Notes under the pieces: generated by a model
The model's input: only the letters and a program-made list of their open reading frames with translations
Database searches by the model: none
Told to the model about the DNA's origin: nothing
Source of the DNA: Candidatus Poribacteria bacterium
Lineage (GTDB): Bacteria > Poribacteria > WGA-4E > WGA-3G
Reading direction: 5' to 3'
Assembly (NCBI GenBank): GCA_965242965.1
Contig: OZ251518.1
Coordinates: 5,408,001 to 5,472,000, forward strand
Length of the DNA stretch: 64,000 nucleotides
Made by a program: the position numbers and the translations under genes
Shown: one piece after another, positions 10,600 to 20,779 of the stretch
Numbering within the stretch: position 1 is the stretch's first letter
Layout of the letters: each line of letters begins with the position of its first letter

Positions 10600-10697
10600 A
10601 GCAGGATTGAGCAGGATTTACAGGATTAGCAAGATTGAGCAGGATTTACAAGATTGAGCAGGATTTACAGGATTCACACGATTTACCAGGATTATAT
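10600..10697. repeat. Low-complexity 9-10 bp tandem repeats (CAGGATT/AATCCTG family)
   Basis: gagcaggatt/tacaggatt/caagatt units; same family near 17670-17800, 40330-40452, 49533-49605 and 49735-49775. Confidence 0.7.
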
Positions 10698-10740
10698 TGC
10701 ATAGCAAGAGCGGTTTTCTTAAGGTCTGTAAGACCTGAAT

Positions 10741-11091
10741 GAGGATGTTTCATAAATCCGTGTCGGAGAGCCCTCCCGGTCTCGATGCAAGCGATGTCCC
10801 TTTCATCGTAGGGCGAGGGCCTGTCCCTCGCCATCGTTCATGCCCGTGCACCCCAACGCTCGCGGGGGCCTGTCCCCCGCGAGCTCCATCGTCACGATGT
10901 GTGTTTCCCCACTGTAGTTTGTGATCGCCTGATCACAAACAGGGCAGGATCAGGCGATCCTGAACTACAGAGCCTGGCGCGCGAACGCATAGCGAGGGAC
11001 AGGCCCTCGCCCTACGTGAAGGGGCGGCGTTTTTTTATCGTAGCGCGGGGGACAGGCCCCCGCGACGTTGAACGATTTAGGAAACACCCTC
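10741..11091. mobile_element. MITE-like element (TIR GAGGGTGTTTCATA family) filled with REP-like hairpins
   Basis: Left end GAGGATGTTTCATAAATC, right end GATTTAGGAAACACCCTC; no clear target duplication in this copy. Confidence 0.6.
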
Positions 11092-11187
11092 AAATAAGTT
11101 TTCCGAAGTTGAGAGGGAGGGAGAGATGAATGCGTGTTCGGGCTCCGGAGGGTTGCGAGCCCGAACAACAGGGGGAGGAAATCGCGG

Positions 11188-11895
11188 CTATAGACTTGTC
11201 TTGATGTGGTTCCAAAATACCGTCAATTTCTGGTCTGCCGTCTGCACCTCACGTTGCAAGGTTTCAGAGGTATCGACGGCATGAGGCATCCACATTTTGA
11301 CGGCATCCAGCGTAAAGAATTGGTTCACGCGCTGAGTATTTTGGGGTGCCGCCCGAAAACGCTTTTCAGCGGGTTCGGATTTCTGTGCTGGCACCGCCAC
11401 GGGTGCGGCGCGTTCTTTCTCTGCCCCTTTTAGTAGTCCCCACGAAGCGCGCGACATCCGCACGTGTCGGAGGCGGCTCTCTTCCATGGCAGTCAAACCG
11501 AATTCTGGTTCCGGGGAACCGGTGAAGAAAGCGAGTTTGACGAGGAACGCGGAGGCGAGCACGTAGCAGAGCATTGCGATGACGTTGACGAGACGCGGCG
11601 ATAATTCTATCTTCATCCGCTCAAAGCACCACGACATCGGGTTGGCGAAGAACGCGATTTGTCGCCGTTTATGGAGGTGTCGAACTCCCTGCTGAATCTG
11701 GGCTAACAATCCCGCCGGTGGCATCGGTGCCTCTGCATTCTCTAGCACCGTTGCAGTGTGCCACAACGCCTCATACTCCACCTGACAGGCGGTGCATGTG
11801 CGGAGGTGCCGCAGCGCGGCGTTCTGCAATTCACCGGAGTGCGTATTCGCCTCACGGTGTAAAACGAGCTGTTTACGAGTTTGTTCACAATTCAT
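11188..11895 (-). CDS. Zinc-binding anti-sigma factor (zf-HC2/ZAS) with transmembrane helix
   Basis: MNCEQ...HLRTCTAC (HxxxCxxC), central hydrophobic helix, directly downstream of the ECF sigma gene. Confidence 0.75.
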   Translation of the reverse strand: MNCEQTRKQLVLHREANTHSGELQNAALRHLRTCTACQVEYEALWHTATVLENAEAPMPPAGLLAQIQQGVRHLHKRRQIAFFANPMSWCFERMKIELSPRLVNVIAMLCYVLASAFLVKLAFFTGSPEPEFGLTAMEESRLRHVRMSRASWGLLKGAEKERAAPVAVPAQKSEPAEKRFRAAPQNTQRVNQFFTLDAVKMWMPHAVDTSETLQREVQTADQKLTVFWNHIKTSL

Positions 11896-12009
11896 GTTTT
11901 TGTCTCTGCGCCAAGCATTGGATTCGGTTTGCTTGGCGGGTTACCTTTCGGCTGCGCGAGGCACGCCGAAATCCGGTTGAAAGTATCCTGCACACCCCAG
12001 TCAGGCTGA

Positions 12010-12576
12010 CTATTCCGGGGAGAGGTAATACTTGCTCAACTTCTTCTTGAGGTTTTTCAATGCCTGATTCAACCGGGACGCGACTGTCCCTTCGGAACAG
12101 CCCAAGACCTCGGCGATCTCGCGGTATTTCAGGTGTTGCATGTAGAACAGCGTGACTACCTCGCGCTGCTTCGGCGGAAGTTTACTGATGGCATCCTGAA
12201 CGAGCTGCTTCTGCTCCGCCTTAATCGCGAGCCGCTCCGGCGAGTATTTATCCGAAGCAACGCCGCGCGCCGCCACCTCATCGGTATAGGCATTTAGCGT
12301 CCGGTCGCGCGATTGCGCCTTGCGGAGATACTGCTGGCAGGTATTAATGCCGATGCGATAGAGCCACGTGCCGAACTGCGACTGAAACTTAAACGATTTA
12401 ATCGACTTGTAAGCCTCATAGAACGTTTCCTGTGTCGCATCAGCGGCATCGTCCGGATCGCCGAGCATCCGGTAAGCCAGCCCGTATATCTTCGCATGGT
12501 GGCGGCTGACGAGTTCGTTAAACGCCTCCGCATCGCCTTCTACGGTTTTGTGGACATAGACATCATCGGGTATCAT
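12010..12576 (-). CDS. ECF RNA polymerase sigma factor (SigW/RpoE-like)
   Basis: GDAEAFNELV, DAADATQE, FGTWLYRI, YREIAEVLGCSEGTVASRL. Confidence 0.93.
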   Translation of the reverse strand: MIPDDVYVHKTVEGDAEAFNELVSRHHAKIYGLAYRMLGDPDDAADATQETFYEAYKSIKSFKFQSQFGTWLYRIGINTCQQYLRKAQSRDRTLNAYTDEVAARGVASDKYSPERLAIKAEQKQLVQDAISKLPPKQREVVTLFYMQHLKYREIAEVLGCSEGTVASRLNQALKNLKKKLSKYYLSPE

Positions 12577-12754
12577 AAATCGTGGTCACCTTTTTCAGAT
12601 GTTAATAGGTTAGTTATATCAAGGTCAGGTTTTCTTCAATTTTTTTAATTTAGGCAGAAACGTAGAACCAGAGGATTTGAGACCAGGAGGTTTCTCCAAT
12701 CCAGAAGAATCGAGACCAGGAGGTCTCTCCTACTGGGAGAGTAGCGCGCAGTGC

Positions 12755-13300
12755 CTAGACACAATTCTCGCACGTTAACGCGAACCGCTTGGTATTACCG
12801 ACTTCAAACTCTGTCTCGTAATCGTGAGTGACTGGCACGTTTGTCGCGCTGCACCAATCACATTTGCCGGCAAAATAGTCCGCCTTCATGCCGATGAGCG
12901 CGCTTTTCTGCTCCTCTGTTTTCTGCTTCTCGGCGATGAGGTTGAGCGCGTTTTGACGGAGCCTCGGGTCGGTTTCCTCCTTCGCGATTTTCTCGAGGAG
13001 AGGTTCTAGCCTCGGGTCGTCGGGGTTTCCGCCATCTTCAAGGGTATGCCATGCGGCGCGACGGACGCGCAAGTCCGGGTCTACGAGGCCTCTGAAGAGT
13101 GCCACCCAGACTTTGTCAATGCGTTTCCGGACGTGGCAGGAACAGAGGTTATCCATCGCGATGACACGTTCGTTCGGATCTTCGGAATAGGCGAGTGCGA
13201 GGTAGTATTCGACTTCGTTGCCGCGCAGCCGGTCTTCGCGTCGCCGGTGCGATTTCTTCTGGTAATGGTTCATGCCGAATAATTTCTTTCGTTTTGCCAT
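12755..13300 (-). CDS. HEAT-repeat protein with C-terminal CxxC...CxxC putative zinc finger
   Basis: DPNERV.A, DPDLRVRRAA, DPRLRQNA repeats; CDWC...CENC. Confidence 0.65.
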   Translation of the reverse strand: MAKRKKLFGMNHYQKKSHRRREDRLRGNEVEYYLALAYSEDPNERVIAMDNLCSCHVRKRIDKVWVALFRGLVDPDLRVRRAAWHTLEDGGNPDDPRLEPLLEKIAKEETDPRLRQNALNLIAEKQKTEEQKSALIGMKADYFAGKCDWCSATNVPVTHDYETEFEVGNTKRFALTCENCV

Positions 13301-13405
13301 GGGGTTTTCCTTTTTTGGTCGAGACCGGGAGGTTTCTCCAATCCAGAAGAATCGAGACTAGGAGGTCTCTCCTACGGGGGATGCATCGGGAGCAGGAGGT
13401 TTCGC

Positions 13406-16400
13406 CTATTTACTAAACTTCAACTCATCCGCAACCTTGCGGAGTGTATCGTTTATCCGCTCCAACACTTCTGGTGATGGTTGTTCTCCTCTGGCGGTAA
13501 TTTGGATGTAGAATTCAAAGTCAATCTCCGGCGCGATTTCGGCTAGTTCACCGATTGTTTCAGCCAAATCCTGAATATCAGTTTCGGTGAGGGGTGATGC
13601 CGCCTGCATTCCCCATGGCTCATCCAACAAGCCAGGGGGTTCCGGCAGAGGTGGCTGCACAACCGAAGTTTGTGGAACTTGCAGACCTACTTGATCTGCA
13701 GCATTAGCATCGTGAGACCACGTGGAAACTCCACTAGTAATCTCAAAGAGATTGTCACTCAACGCCTCATTGATAGCATAAACAACCAATGTCCACGGAA
13801 TTGGTGAACCTTTGCGCTGTGCCAATGCCTGCATCACTTTGCCGATAGACGAGGTGTCTCCCTCCCACGCACCTGGCAAAGCCTCTCGGCTGAGTTCCGA
13901 ACCGCGAATAGGTTGAAGAGGTTTGACTAATTCCAATTCGTCGGTAAGTTCTGCGACCGGAATAGCCTCCCGCAAATATGCCTTATCGCCGCTGCGCGCC
14001 ATGAGGAATCCTGAACTGACTGTCTCCTTGACTGCCTCCAAAAGCACAGTATCAGAAGCGAGTTTCGGGACATCGTCTCTGCTGAAAAATTCGCGAATTG
14101 CACGCACTGTTATCGGGACATTTTCGTTCTGCCATAAGTCGGGCAATTGACCCGGGGGCAGCAGTTCCGGGCTAAGTTCGTAGAGTTCGGCATGCTCAAT
14201 CGGCACGATTTCTAACCCTTTTGTCCGGAAATCTTCGTCTGTGGGTGCTTCACGCCAATAGGTGCGATGCGTTCCATCCGGCCGGGGTGCGCGCAGGACA
14301 ATCCGGCCCTCCGCAACACTGCGCCGTAGCGAGTCAATAAACACCTGTCTGTTCAGCATCCGCGGCATCCGCGGCAGACTGGCAAACATGCCATAGAGTC
14401 CTTGAACCGGTTTTGCGGTTTCATCGGCTCCCCACAAGTCATAATAACTCTCGCGGGTGAGCAAATCCGGATCAAGTAGTGTTGTCAGGAGTCTGTCTTC
14501 GTCTTCCAAAAATGCCTTCACGCGTTCAAAAGGTACGGCTGTCCCGCGGGGCAGTGAACGCGCCGCAAGTTTGCCATCCTCGTCAACTGCAATGAGCACG
14601 CTATAAATCGATGTGACAGAGTCTCTGATGCCGGTTCCATCCTCTCGCTTGCGCTGTCGGAGGAGTGTTTTCTGCGCATCACTCAAATGCTCTATCTCGT
14701 CCCCGTTTTCAATATTCTCCCATCCGAGGATTTTACGAATGCGCTGACGCAATCCTGCTAACTGCGAGCGTTCCGGCGCGAGCACGATAACGCTGTTCCG
14801 ATAAGTTCTCTCAAAGAACACTTTGAGAGACGAAGGGATGTCTGTCCCCGGAACCGCCGCGTATTCGGGGGCGACGATGACAAAGTGGAGTTCGGGGGTA
14901 TCAGAGACATCGGCGGGTGAATTGGGAAATACGTGAACCGCCACCTTATCCCTATTCTGGCCAAGTTTCACGTCTTTTATCCGCTTCACCAAATTGTCGG
15001 TAATCTGCTCTTCCGTCACTCTTGCCATCGCGCGGGCATGCATGTTCGTAAGATTTGCTACCGTGCCGAGTGCCCAGGTATCTTCCTCTTCTTTCAGGAA
15101 CCATGAGCGTTTTCGCCACTCCGAGAGCCCTTGCTCTACTGACATCGAGTCGAGCTCGGCGTGTGCCAGCAACAGATAGAGTTCTGCCGTCTCGGCTTTC
15201 TTCCCTTGCGGTTGGGAATGCAAGAAGGTAGCTAGCACCGCCGCCTCAATTTCTCGGTTTTTGAGTTGCGGCAGTTTTTCTTGGACGGCCCGGGCGCGCT
15301 CAAGTTCCCCGGTGAGAATCGGTGTCCACCGATTGCTCTCTTCACACGCTTCAATGAGTTCTTGCACGGCTTTTGACAATTCGCCAGCGGTGCCGAGCAA
15401 CACACCCGGCCCGACAAAAGCGGATGCATCTCTCCCATCAGTCTCTCGCAAGGCGGTTGCAAACGTGCGAAGCATCCCACGCGTCCTTTGGAAGCGACTG
15501 AGTTGCGTCCATTTTTGATAGAAAACCTCAATGAAATCCGGGTGAAACGGGTAAGATTTTAAGAGACGTTGGAAGGCATCAGGAGTTGTCAGTGAATCGC
15601 GTATCGGTAATCTCCGCATTGCACCGACGAGTCTCCCGATGATGGCGCGATGTATCTTGTCATCCCCGACATATTCAAACAACCGCCGACGCAGCAATTC
15701 TGAAATATCGTCATGCGAGAGGGGTTCGACCGTTTCTTCCACGCGCCGAAAGACATGCTCCATCGCGGTTAAGACTTGCACCCCGGTCGGATCATTTGCG
15801 GCACTATCTGAGCTGATGAGGCTTGCAACGAGGGCGGCACGTTCAACCTTGTCAACCGCCTGTGTCAACATTTGGAAGAAATCCTGCAGGGTTCCCAATC
15901 GGCTTGCATCCATGTTGACTGCACTGCGCAGATAGAGTAGTGCCTCGTCAATCAAGATGAGTGTGGCAAGTCCATCCGATTGCGGCATGTTGAGGAGCTC
16001 AACCAGAATGGGTTCAGCTGGCGGGGTCCAACCCGCTTCATGCTCGGAAACCTTTTTCAGGCCTTCATCACCGGCGAGTTGATACGCCAGCGCACCCCAC
16101 GGCGTTTGCACCTGTCTCTCCTCACCTGCCGGGCTCTGCACCGAAAGTCCCAGTTTCACGTCAAATTTGTCAAAAGGTAACAGGGCGACTCGTGCCTTGG
16201 GGAGGCGGTTTAAGCCGCTGAAGCCGATGAATTCCTGCACGGTTGGATACTTTTCCAGCGTTTCTCCACCCTCTGCTAGATGCAACAAGGCGATGAGCGC
16301 GTGCGTCTTGCCGCCCCCGTAAGCGACTTGGACGCGGATAACCGGCTTACCGTCGGGGCTGCCAGACAACCGCAGCAACACGTCTCGCACCAATGTCTTG

Positions 16401-16567
16401 AGATTCTGTGCAGGATAGGTTCGCTCGAAAAACGCTTCGGGGAAGCGATAGACAGGCGGCGCGGTGCCTGTCCGCACACCGTAGAGATCCGCGGCGAAGT
16501 CTGCAAGCGTCAGCGTGCCTTCCCGCACGTCATCTCTTAAAGTGCAGTTTTCATGCCATGCGCTCAT
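13406..16567 (-). CDS. DUF499 family AAA+ ATPase
   Basis: W...LRDDV...FAADL, YGGGKTH Walker A, LILIDE Walker B, SYPFHP, FQRTRG.LR. Confidence 0.88.
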   Translation of the reverse strand: MSAWHENCTLRDDVREGTLTLADFAADLYGVRTGTAPPVYRFPEAFFERTYPAQNLKTLVRDVLLRLSGSPDGKPVIRVQVAYGGGKTHALIALLHLAEGGETLEKYPTVQEFIGFSGLNRLPKARVALLPFDKFDVKLGLSVQSPAGEERQVQTPWGALAYQLAGDEGLKKVSEHEAGWTPPAEPILVELLNMPQSDGLATLILIDEALLYLRSAVNMDASRLGTLQDFFQMLTQAVDKVERAALVASLISSDSAANDPTGVQVLTAMEHVFRRVEETVEPLSHDDISELLRRRLFEYVGDDKIHRAIIGRLVGAMRRLPIRDSLTTPDAFQRLLKSYPFHPDFIEVFYQKWTQLSRFQRTRGMLRTFATALRETDGRDASAFVGPGVLLGTAGELSKAVQELIEACEESNRWTPILTGELERARAVQEKLPQLKNREIEAAVLATFLHSQPQGKKAETAELYLLLAHAELDSMSVEQGLSEWRKRSWFLKEEEDTWALGTVANLTNMHARAMARVTEEQITDNLVKRIKDVKLGQNRDKVAVHVFPNSPADVSDTPELHFVIVAPEYAAVPGTDIPSSLKVFFERTYRNSVIVLAPERSQLAGLRQRIRKILGWENIENGDEIEHLSDAQKTLLRQRKREDGTGIRDSVTSIYSVLIAVDEDGKLAARSLPRGTAVPFERVKAFLEDEDRLLTTLLDPDLLTRESYYDLWGADETAKPVQGLYGMFASLPRMPRMLNRQVFIDSLRRSVAEGRIVLRAPRPDGTHRTYWREAPTDEDFRTKGLEIVPIEHAELYELSPELLPPGQLPDLWQNENVPITVRAIREFFSRDDVPKLASDTVLLEAVKETVSSGFLMARSGDKAYLREAIPVAELTDELELVKPLQPIRGSELSREALPGAWEGDTSSIGKVMQALAQRKGSPIPWTLVVYAINEALSDNLFEITSGVSTWSHDANAADQVGLQVPQTSVVQPPLPEPPGLLDEPWGMQAASPLTETDIQDLAETIGELAEIAPEIDFEFYIQITARGEQPSPEVLERINDTLRKVADELKFSK

Positions 16568-16585
16568 CTGGTTACTTCTCCTCTG

Positions 16586-16897
16586 TTATGTCTTAATGAC
16601 GGGTTGGACCAAGGGGATCATGTCCCGGAAGACAGAATCTCGGATTTCCTCGCGGAGTGCAGGACGCGATACCACATCCACTTTGCATCCAAACTTGTCC
16701 TCCAAGAAGTGTTTCAAACCGATAGCATCAAGCAGATCGGCACTGTCATCGAAATCTACCAACAGATCAAAATCGCTGTCCTTGTGGAAATCCCCACGGG
16801 CATACGAACCGAAGATGCCCTTCACCTCGGCTTTGTAGCGTTGCCGAATCCGGTCTTTCTCAGATGCGAGTGCTTTCTGAATGTCCGTAATTCTCAT
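16586..16897 (-). CDS. Stand-alone minimal nucleotidyltransferase (MntA-like)
   Basis: GIFGSYARG...SDFDLLVDF...KVDVV; ATG 16897 overlaps the upstream stop (ATGA). Confidence 0.85.
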   Translation of the reverse strand: MRITDIQKALASEKDRIRQRYKAEVKGIFGSYARGDFHKDSDFDLLVDFDDSADLLDAIGLKHFLEDKFGCKVDVVSRPALREEIRDSVFRDMIPLVQPVIKT

Positions 16898-17178
16898 GGC
16901 GAACCTCTGTCTAGGAACTGCGCGGAACGTTTTCGGCACCGAGGAGGCACAATGACGACACCTATTAATACTAGCAGAGCCAACAACAGCACGGCAAAGT
17001 TCCGATCTAACTTTTTCTCAATTCCATCAAATCTGTCGGTGACTTTCGCGATTTCTTGGCCAACACTGTCCTTGACGATTGCGCGGATTTTCTCGATATC
17101 CTCAACGCTCAGCTCTCCAAACGCCGACGCGTTAAAGAGCAGCAAACCGAGGAGGAAACATAGGAAGCCAAATTTCAT
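16894..17178 (-). CDS. Small exported/membrane hypothetical protein (signal peptide, short coiled coil, TM helix)
   Basis: GAGGAG RBS; hydrophobic N-terminus ending ASAFG, second hydrophobic helix; coupled to the MNT gene. Confidence 0.6.
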   Translation of the reverse strand: MKFGFLCFLLGLLLFNASAFGELSVEDIEKIRAIVKDSVGQEIAKVTDRFDGIEKKLDRNFAVLLLALLVLIGVVIVPPRCRKRSAQFLDRGSP

Positions 17179-17364
17179 CTATTCTCCTCACCGTAGCGCG
17201 GGGCCCCTCGGATGCCATCCGCGCGTCCGAGCGGGTTTCCCCCGCGAATGTCCGTTAGCCCGCAGCATGGCGAGGGACAGGCCCTCGCCCTACGCGGAAG
17301 GGAGGGGCCGTTTTTTCGACGAAGAAACCCTCCCGTTACCGTAGCGCGGGGGCCTGTCCCCCGC

Positions 17365-17576
17365 GTTGTCCATCGTCAAGCGGTGGCGTTTTAGGTCCTT
17401 TAGGTCCTTAATGTCTATAGAAAAACGTGTCAACCCGTTTTCAAGGTCCTTTAGGTCCTTAATAAAAAACGCGATGCACGTCAAAACCTATTAAGGACCT
17501 AAAGGACCTTAGGGTTCTTCGCGGGTGCGCGTGCTATAGACATTAAGGTCCTACGGACCTAAGAGACGTTTTTTCA
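17365..17576. repeat. ~200 bp dispersed palindromic repeat (TTAGGTCCT/AGGACCTAA family), copy 1
   Basis: Near-identical blocks at about 21006-21212 and 21397-21596. Confidence 0.75.
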
Positions 17577-17633
17577 TCGTAGCGCGGGGGCCTGTCCCCC
17601 GCGACGTTGAGATTTATGAAACACTCTCATGTT

Positions 17634-17662
17634 ATTATACCAAAATTCCACAAAAATGTCAA
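17634..17662 (-). promoter_or_regulatory. Consensus sigma70 promoter upstream of the membrane protein-MNT-DUF499 genes
   Basis: Minus strand TTGACA-N17-TATAAT. Confidence 0.65.
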
Positions 17663-17834
17663 AATTAAAACAGGATTTTCAAGATTTTCCAAGATTTTCC
17701 AAGATGACGTTTGACGTGGCCTGCCACGCCTGTGTTGATGCCTCAGAGACCTAATCCTGTTAATCCTGTTAATCCTGTTAATCCTGCTCATATCCTTGCT
17801 CATATCATCAAGACTGGGAGGGCGCGCCTACCCA

Positions 17835-20708
17835 TCACCGGAACTCCTCAAAATATTGCTGCGATTCAGCCACAGTAGCTGATGGCACCAACTGATACTC
17901 ACCCGGCTCGTAACCCATCAACGTCTCTAAAAGCGAACGCTCTTTGGCATCTTCGCTCGTTTCAATCACTGCCTGAACAACAGCCTTGAAGAGCTCGTTT
18001 TCCCCAAGCCCCTGCTCATGGAAATAGGCATCCAACAAGGCTCTATCCCCTTGCTCCCAAAGATTCATGACGCGGTGAATCTTGTCTATCATCGGAAGTT
18101 CACCGGAAGGATGCGGTAAACCTACACGCCCCGTGTGCCCCAACAAACTCCGTTTGTTGCCAGACGCTCGCTTCAGAATGCCGATGTCTTTCGCCGACAA
18201 ATCGTCAAGCGATAAACCATACCCCTGCGCCAACAGAATGCACTCTCCCACCGGCGCATCAGCCATCCCGAAATAGTCCCGATGCATCAGGTAGTAGCGG
18301 GTTTGCTCGTCCAACGCCTCCGTGTTTGCACCGTGGAGAATTTCCCCCAAAGCGAAATCTGTTACCATCCGCCGGACCTCTTTGAGAAAATCGGTGACTA
18401 TGAACGGCTTCCCGTCCATGCGGCGGACTTCCGGATACTGGGAATAACTCTCCAGTGCGGGGCCGATTGCCGCCCAAACGAAGTCAGGGCCTCGGATACC
18501 AACGTCCCAGAAATAGCGGAGGCGTTCGGTGATACGTTCCTGCATGTCGCGGCGGACTTTGCCGTAATGACCTGCTCTCGCATTTGTGGGCCGTTTTCGA
18601 CAAACGAGCCAAAGGGACGTTGCAAGTGCAGCCGAGTTTACACCTCTCATACGATTGCCCATCTCGGTATCAATAGGCCAGGATGCTGTGACAACAAGCC
18701 CGGCTTGAATCATTGCCGATGTTAGACTTTCCCAAGCCTCCGGGTCTTTATGAGCGAAGACAATCACTATCCGTCCATCCTCAACAAGTGAATCATGGGC
18801 TGATTGAAATGTTGCCGCCATTCCTGATTCATAAAATTCCTTCGCTGCTTGATTGTCCCCATCAAAATGATCTGCGTGTTGGACAAGTTCATCCAATTTG
18901 GGAGTGAGCAAGTCGCCGAATATCTGAGGGAATTTTTCCCCAATTGCGCGGCGAAGCCAGACATAGAAAAAATCGGAGAGATCTGCGTAAGGAATCGCGT
19001 CATAGTAAGGCGGGTCCGTAATGATGCCTTCAACCTTTTGTGAAACTGAATTTCGGCTTGACTGTAGGTGAATACAGGGACTAGAAGTCAATTTTACTGC
19101 GAGGACGTGTCTCAGAAAACGCACCACCCAACCGATGTGTGCAGAATAGCCACCAGTCGTTTGAGAAAACGGATTGACTTCAGCAAAATCCCAAGCCGTC
19201 GGTAAAGCGAATCTAGCGAAAGTGTGCCCCATATTTTCACCTCTGCTGCTCCAGAGACAGATTGTTGAATTATAATCGGCGATTCTGTCGACAAGAATCG
19301 CCGCATACATCTCAACTGCCTCACCCCATTCTGATGGGTACCCGAGCATCTCCATCTCAGCCTTCGCCGCTCGTGTCCACTTGACAAATGTCATTAACGC
19401 TAACAATTGCCGTTCAGTGAACAGATCTGACCATTTCTTAAAACCGTAGAGTGGGACACTAAACCCGAGTGTTTTCGGCCCGGGCAACGGTTCATCGGGG
19501 ATGCCATGCGGAATTTCATTAGCAATCGCCTCCAAAGTTTCCGCGGATATTTCCGCAGCATCAATGTCCGCGTCTGTTGGAGGACGGTATTCCTTGCCAT
19601 AGGTTTCCTGATAGACTACCGTAGTCATCTGTGCCTTGAGTTTGTCCTCGTGCCCGCACCGCTTGATGTAATCTCCCGGCTGATTTGAGTTGCAAAATGG
19701 GCAAGTCGCCGATGTGCCTGACATCGTTGGTTTATCAACCTCGCTGTCATTTTTCGGAGCAACAATCTCAAAGCGGACCTGTTTCGTCTCCTTATCCGGG
19801 TGGAGTTTGAGTGCGCGCTTTGCGTTGATAATGACTTTCGTCTGATTTTTCGTTTTCTTCAGTCGCAGAAAGTCAGGACGGTTCCGATTTTCGGGGGTGT
19901 CCGGAAGGGTTTTCTCCGGCTTCTTGCATACCCAGAGAGTTTTCAGGAGCGGCACCGTTCCACCACATTGCGGATCTTGACACGGAACCGTTCGGGCCCA
20001 GAGATAGGCGACTGTCGGTTTGCCATCAACTAGCGGATAGTAGCGCGCGAGTTCGCCGCGGGCTTTTTCCAATACCCACTGCCCCCACAAACGGACGTGA
20101 GCGGCGAGGTCTTCGGTTTTCAGGTCGGGTTGTTCAGCGAGTTCAAGTTTGGGGAGCGGGTGCGTTTTTCCGGCGAGGCGTTGCGGGTATTCCAACGTGC
20201 ATTTGAGGAGAAACCACGCCACGGGGTTATAGTCGTTGGCGGTGACTTTACAACCGAGGCGCATTGCTTCCAGCGGAATCGCGCCGCCCCCGGCGAACAT
20301 ATCCATGATGTGCGGCGGCTGTCCGCTGTTCGCCTTCAGGATGAGTTCTCTAGCGATGCGGAGTTTGTTGAGCCAGCGTCCCTTCTGGTCCTTCGCGTCC
20401 CATTCCGCGCCGCCATCTTCGGTGCCCCATCGTGTGAGTGACTCAATCAGATCGCACAGATATTTCCGCTGTCTGTCGGCTATCGGTGAGCCGGAGAACC
20501 GTTCGTATTCGTCTTTCATCGTTTGCGGCGCGTCGCCCGGGTCGGGGAGGAGTGTGGCTATTGTCACGGCGCGGCAGGCGGCGAGGGGTCTGCGTGCGGG
20601 CCAGATGTGCAGCGTGGAGATGTGTCCGTGTCGGACATTTTTCTCATGTTTTGAATCTGTGGAGACTTTTTGTAGTGGAAAAGCCTCCTCGATGAGTCTT
20701 CGTGGCAT
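17835..20708 (-). CDS. DUF1156-domain adenine-specific DNA methyltransferase
   Basis: Start ATG 20708 (AAGGA RBS). RLIEEAFP, TLHIWPARRPLAACRA, DMFAGGGAIPLEA, TDPPYYD, CxxxxC/CxxC zinc sites. Confidence 0.9.
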   Translation of the reverse strand: MPRRLIEEAFPLQKVSTDSKHEKNVRHGHISTLHIWPARRPLAACRAVTIATLLPDPGDAPQTMKDEYERFSGSPIADRQRKYLCDLIESLTRWGTEDGGAEWDAKDQKGRWLNKLRIARELILKANSGQPPHIMDMFAGGGAIPLEAMRLGCKVTANDYNPVAWFLLKCTLEYPQRLAGKTHPLPKLELAEQPDLKTEDLAAHVRLWGQWVLEKARGELARYYPLVDGKPTVAYLWARTVPCQDPQCGGTVPLLKTLWVCKKPEKTLPDTPENRNRPDFLRLKKTKNQTKVIINAKRALKLHPDKETKQVRFEIVAPKNDSEVDKPTMSGTSATCPFCNSNQPGDYIKRCGHEDKLKAQMTTVVYQETYGKEYRPPTDADIDAAEISAETLEAIANEIPHGIPDEPLPGPKTLGFSVPLYGFKKWSDLFTERQLLALMTFVKWTRAAKAEMEMLGYPSEWGEAVEMYAAILVDRIADYNSTICLWSSRGENMGHTFARFALPTAWDFAEVNPFSQTTGGYSAHIGWVVRFLRHVLAVKLTSSPCIHLQSSRNSVSQKVEGIITDPPYYDAIPYADLSDFFYVWLRRAIGEKFPQIFGDLLTPKLDELVQHADHFDGDNQAAKEFYESGMAATFQSAHDSLVEDGRIVIVFAHKDPEAWESLTSAMIQAGLVVTASWPIDTEMGNRMRGVNSAALATSLWLVCRKRPTNARAGHYGKVRRDMQERITERLRYFWDVGIRGPDFVWAAIGPALESYSQYPEVRRMDGKPFIVTDFLKEVRRMVTDFALGEILHGANTEALDEQTRYYLMHRDYFGMADAPVGECILLAQGYGLSLDDLSAKDIGILKRASGNKRSLLGHTGRVGLPHPSGELPMIDKIHRVMNLWEQGDRALLDAYFHEQGLGENELFKAVVQAVIETSEDAKERSLLETLMGYEPGEYQLVPSATVAESQQYFEEFR

Positions 20709-20779
20709 GATGTTGTATCCTTTTGGTGTTTTTGAATACAACGTTCGATTCATCGGGAGGTTACAGGGTGTCGCGGGGG

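Noticed and set aside
16553-17344. 263-aa plus-strand ORF
   Set aside because: Overlaps two credible minus-strand genes and a REP cluster.
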